A stretch of 64,000 bases of DNA from Thermovibrio sp. (GTDB lineage Bacteria > Aquificota > Aquificia > Desulfurobacteriales > Desulfurobacteriaceae): the NCBI GenBank assembly GCA_015490195.1, contig WFYG01000005.1, forward strand, positions 1,478-65,477, given 5' to 3'. Positions 62,987-64,000 of this stretch are shown here, one piece after another. Position numbers and translations under genes: made by a program. Each line of letters starts with the position of its first letter. Within the stretch, counting starts at the first letter, position 1. The notes under the pieces were generated by a model, which ran no database searches, had not been told where the DNA came from, and was given only the letters and a program-made list of their open reading frames with translations.

Positions 62987-64000
62987 TTATATGTTGGGAA
63001 TTTCTCCGGCGTTGAAAACGGGTCTGTAATCTTTTAGCTCTTTAAAGTAGCTCCAGACCTCTATGTCCCAGTAGTTTCCAACGGCCATTCCAAGAGCAAA
63101 AGCTATCGGGTTTGGAACGCTCATTATCAGGTGGAATTTTCTGTATCCTCTGTCGTAAACTCTGTTCATTGCCTCGTAGAGCTCCGCAACAATCTCAGTC
63201 CAGTTTTCGCTTAAAGGAACTCCTCCCTTTAGCTCCGGTGCGTGTATGTAGAAGAAATCTCCGTTGAACTTTTCTGCCAGCTCTTCTCCCTTTCTCCTTG
63301 TTTCGTGTGAGGCAACCTGAAGAGCAACAACTGCCGTGTCCGTCTCTTTTCCCGCTTCAGAAACAATTTCAATGTAGAGGAGCTCCCGCCTCCTCCTCTT
63401 TATCTGCCTGCTGTCTTCTGTAAGGTCTATAACTCTGTGGTATTTCCCGTTTTCAAAGTGGTAGAGTGCAACCGGCAGTTTTCCTGTTCCTATAACTATT
63501 CCAGCGCCAAAAGAGAATGTTATGGGAGTTTTGAGGGCTATGTGCAGTGAAATTGGAAAAGGAATTTTCTCTTTAATTTCTAAAACTCGTTTCTGGAATT
63601 TTTCAAACAAGGGAAGCCAGTTTTCTGAGGGAAGAATTGGCGGAAGCTGAAAGATGAGGAGCTCCTTATCAGCGTATCCCTCAACCGGTTCAAAGTTTAC
63701 AGTTCTGCAGAGGAGCTCAAAGGGTTGCTTTAAACTCTCTTTCTCTCCGGTTCCTATGAACAGAGGAATTTCCGTTTTTTCACCTTTAAGGAAATCTCCC
63801 AACTTCCTGATGTTTCCTTTTCCTATCAGCGTTTTTCCCTGTTTTCTGGCTATCTCTTCTTTTTCTTTCATGTGGTCTGCAGAGAAGTTTTCCCCGTAGA
63901 GCTTTCCTGAAAGTAAAAGGTTTTCGGGGAGCTCCCCGTAGAGAAGTGCATAGGCCAGCGGAGCCTGAAAGGAGTCTCCGCTGAACTCTCTGTCAAAGAA
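62987..64000 (-). CDS. Lon-protease/SAVED fusion protein (CalpL-like); the N-terminus lies beyond the window
   Basis: The frame stays open from 63871 to the window edge and reads FSGDSFQAPLAYALLYGELPENLLLSGKLYGE....MKEKEEIARKQGKTLI, a Lon S16-like Ser...Lys pattern. The C-terminal 290 aa hold two CARF-like half-repeats ending ..KTPITFSFGAGIVIGTG..VALYHF and ..SVPNPIAFALGMAVGNYWDIEVWSYF, as expected for SAVED. Confidence 0.62.
   Translation of the reverse strand, partial: FFDREFSGDSFQAPLAYALLYGELPENLLLSGKLYGENFSADHMKEKEEIARKQGKTLIGKGNIRKLGDFLKGEKTEIPLFIGTGEKESLKQPFELLCRTVNFEPVEGYADKELLIFQLPPILPSENWLPLFEKFQKRVLEIKEKIPFPISLHIALKTPITFSFGAGIVIGTGKLPVALYHFENGKYHRVIDLTEDSRQIKRRRRELLYIEIVSEAGKETDTAVVALQVASHETRRKGEELAEKFNGDFFYIHAPELKGGVPLSENWTEIVAELYEAMNRVYDRGYRKFHLIMSVPNPIAFALGMAVGNYWDIEVWSYFKELKDYRPVFNAGEIPNI

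Overview
This 64 kb window looks like chromosome from a thermophilic, Aquificota-like bacterium. That placement is an inference from gene content and the K/E-rich proteins; no database search was possible. About 85% is densely packed housekeeping DNA. It includes rpe, prs, pdxJ, acpS, mobB/moeA, an nrdG-nrdD operon, metE behind a cobalamin riboswitch, nrdA/nrdB, infB, rnhB, rplS, aroC, rplM-rpsI-argC, lysC, cimA, mutS, a two-subunit biotin carboxylase, truD, rsmB and carB, plus six tRNAs. Two regions look accessory. The first (35.3-37.3 kb) is an AT-rich islet with a HEPN(Abi_C-like)-wHTH gene, a frameshifted partner and a DUF996-like membrane protein. The second (56.3-64.0 kb) is a defence region. 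It holds two diverged copies of an effector-less CRISPR adaptation module (cas1, two Cas2 domains, a homologous leader, a mini-array). In the second copy the two Cas2 domains are fused into one polypeptide. Between the copies lie an MNT gene with a nonsense-disrupted HEPN partner and a membrane-anchored Clp-D2-like AAA+ ATPase. A Lon-protease/SAVED (CalpL-like) gene runs off the window edge. Other notable signals are a highly iterated GAGCTC/GGAGCTCC palindrome, a two-ORF class III ribonucleotide reductase, a 39-aa Cys/His-rich lipopeptide ORF, and recurring small membrane-peptide cassettes. All calls come from reading motifs by eye, so starts and counts are approximate.
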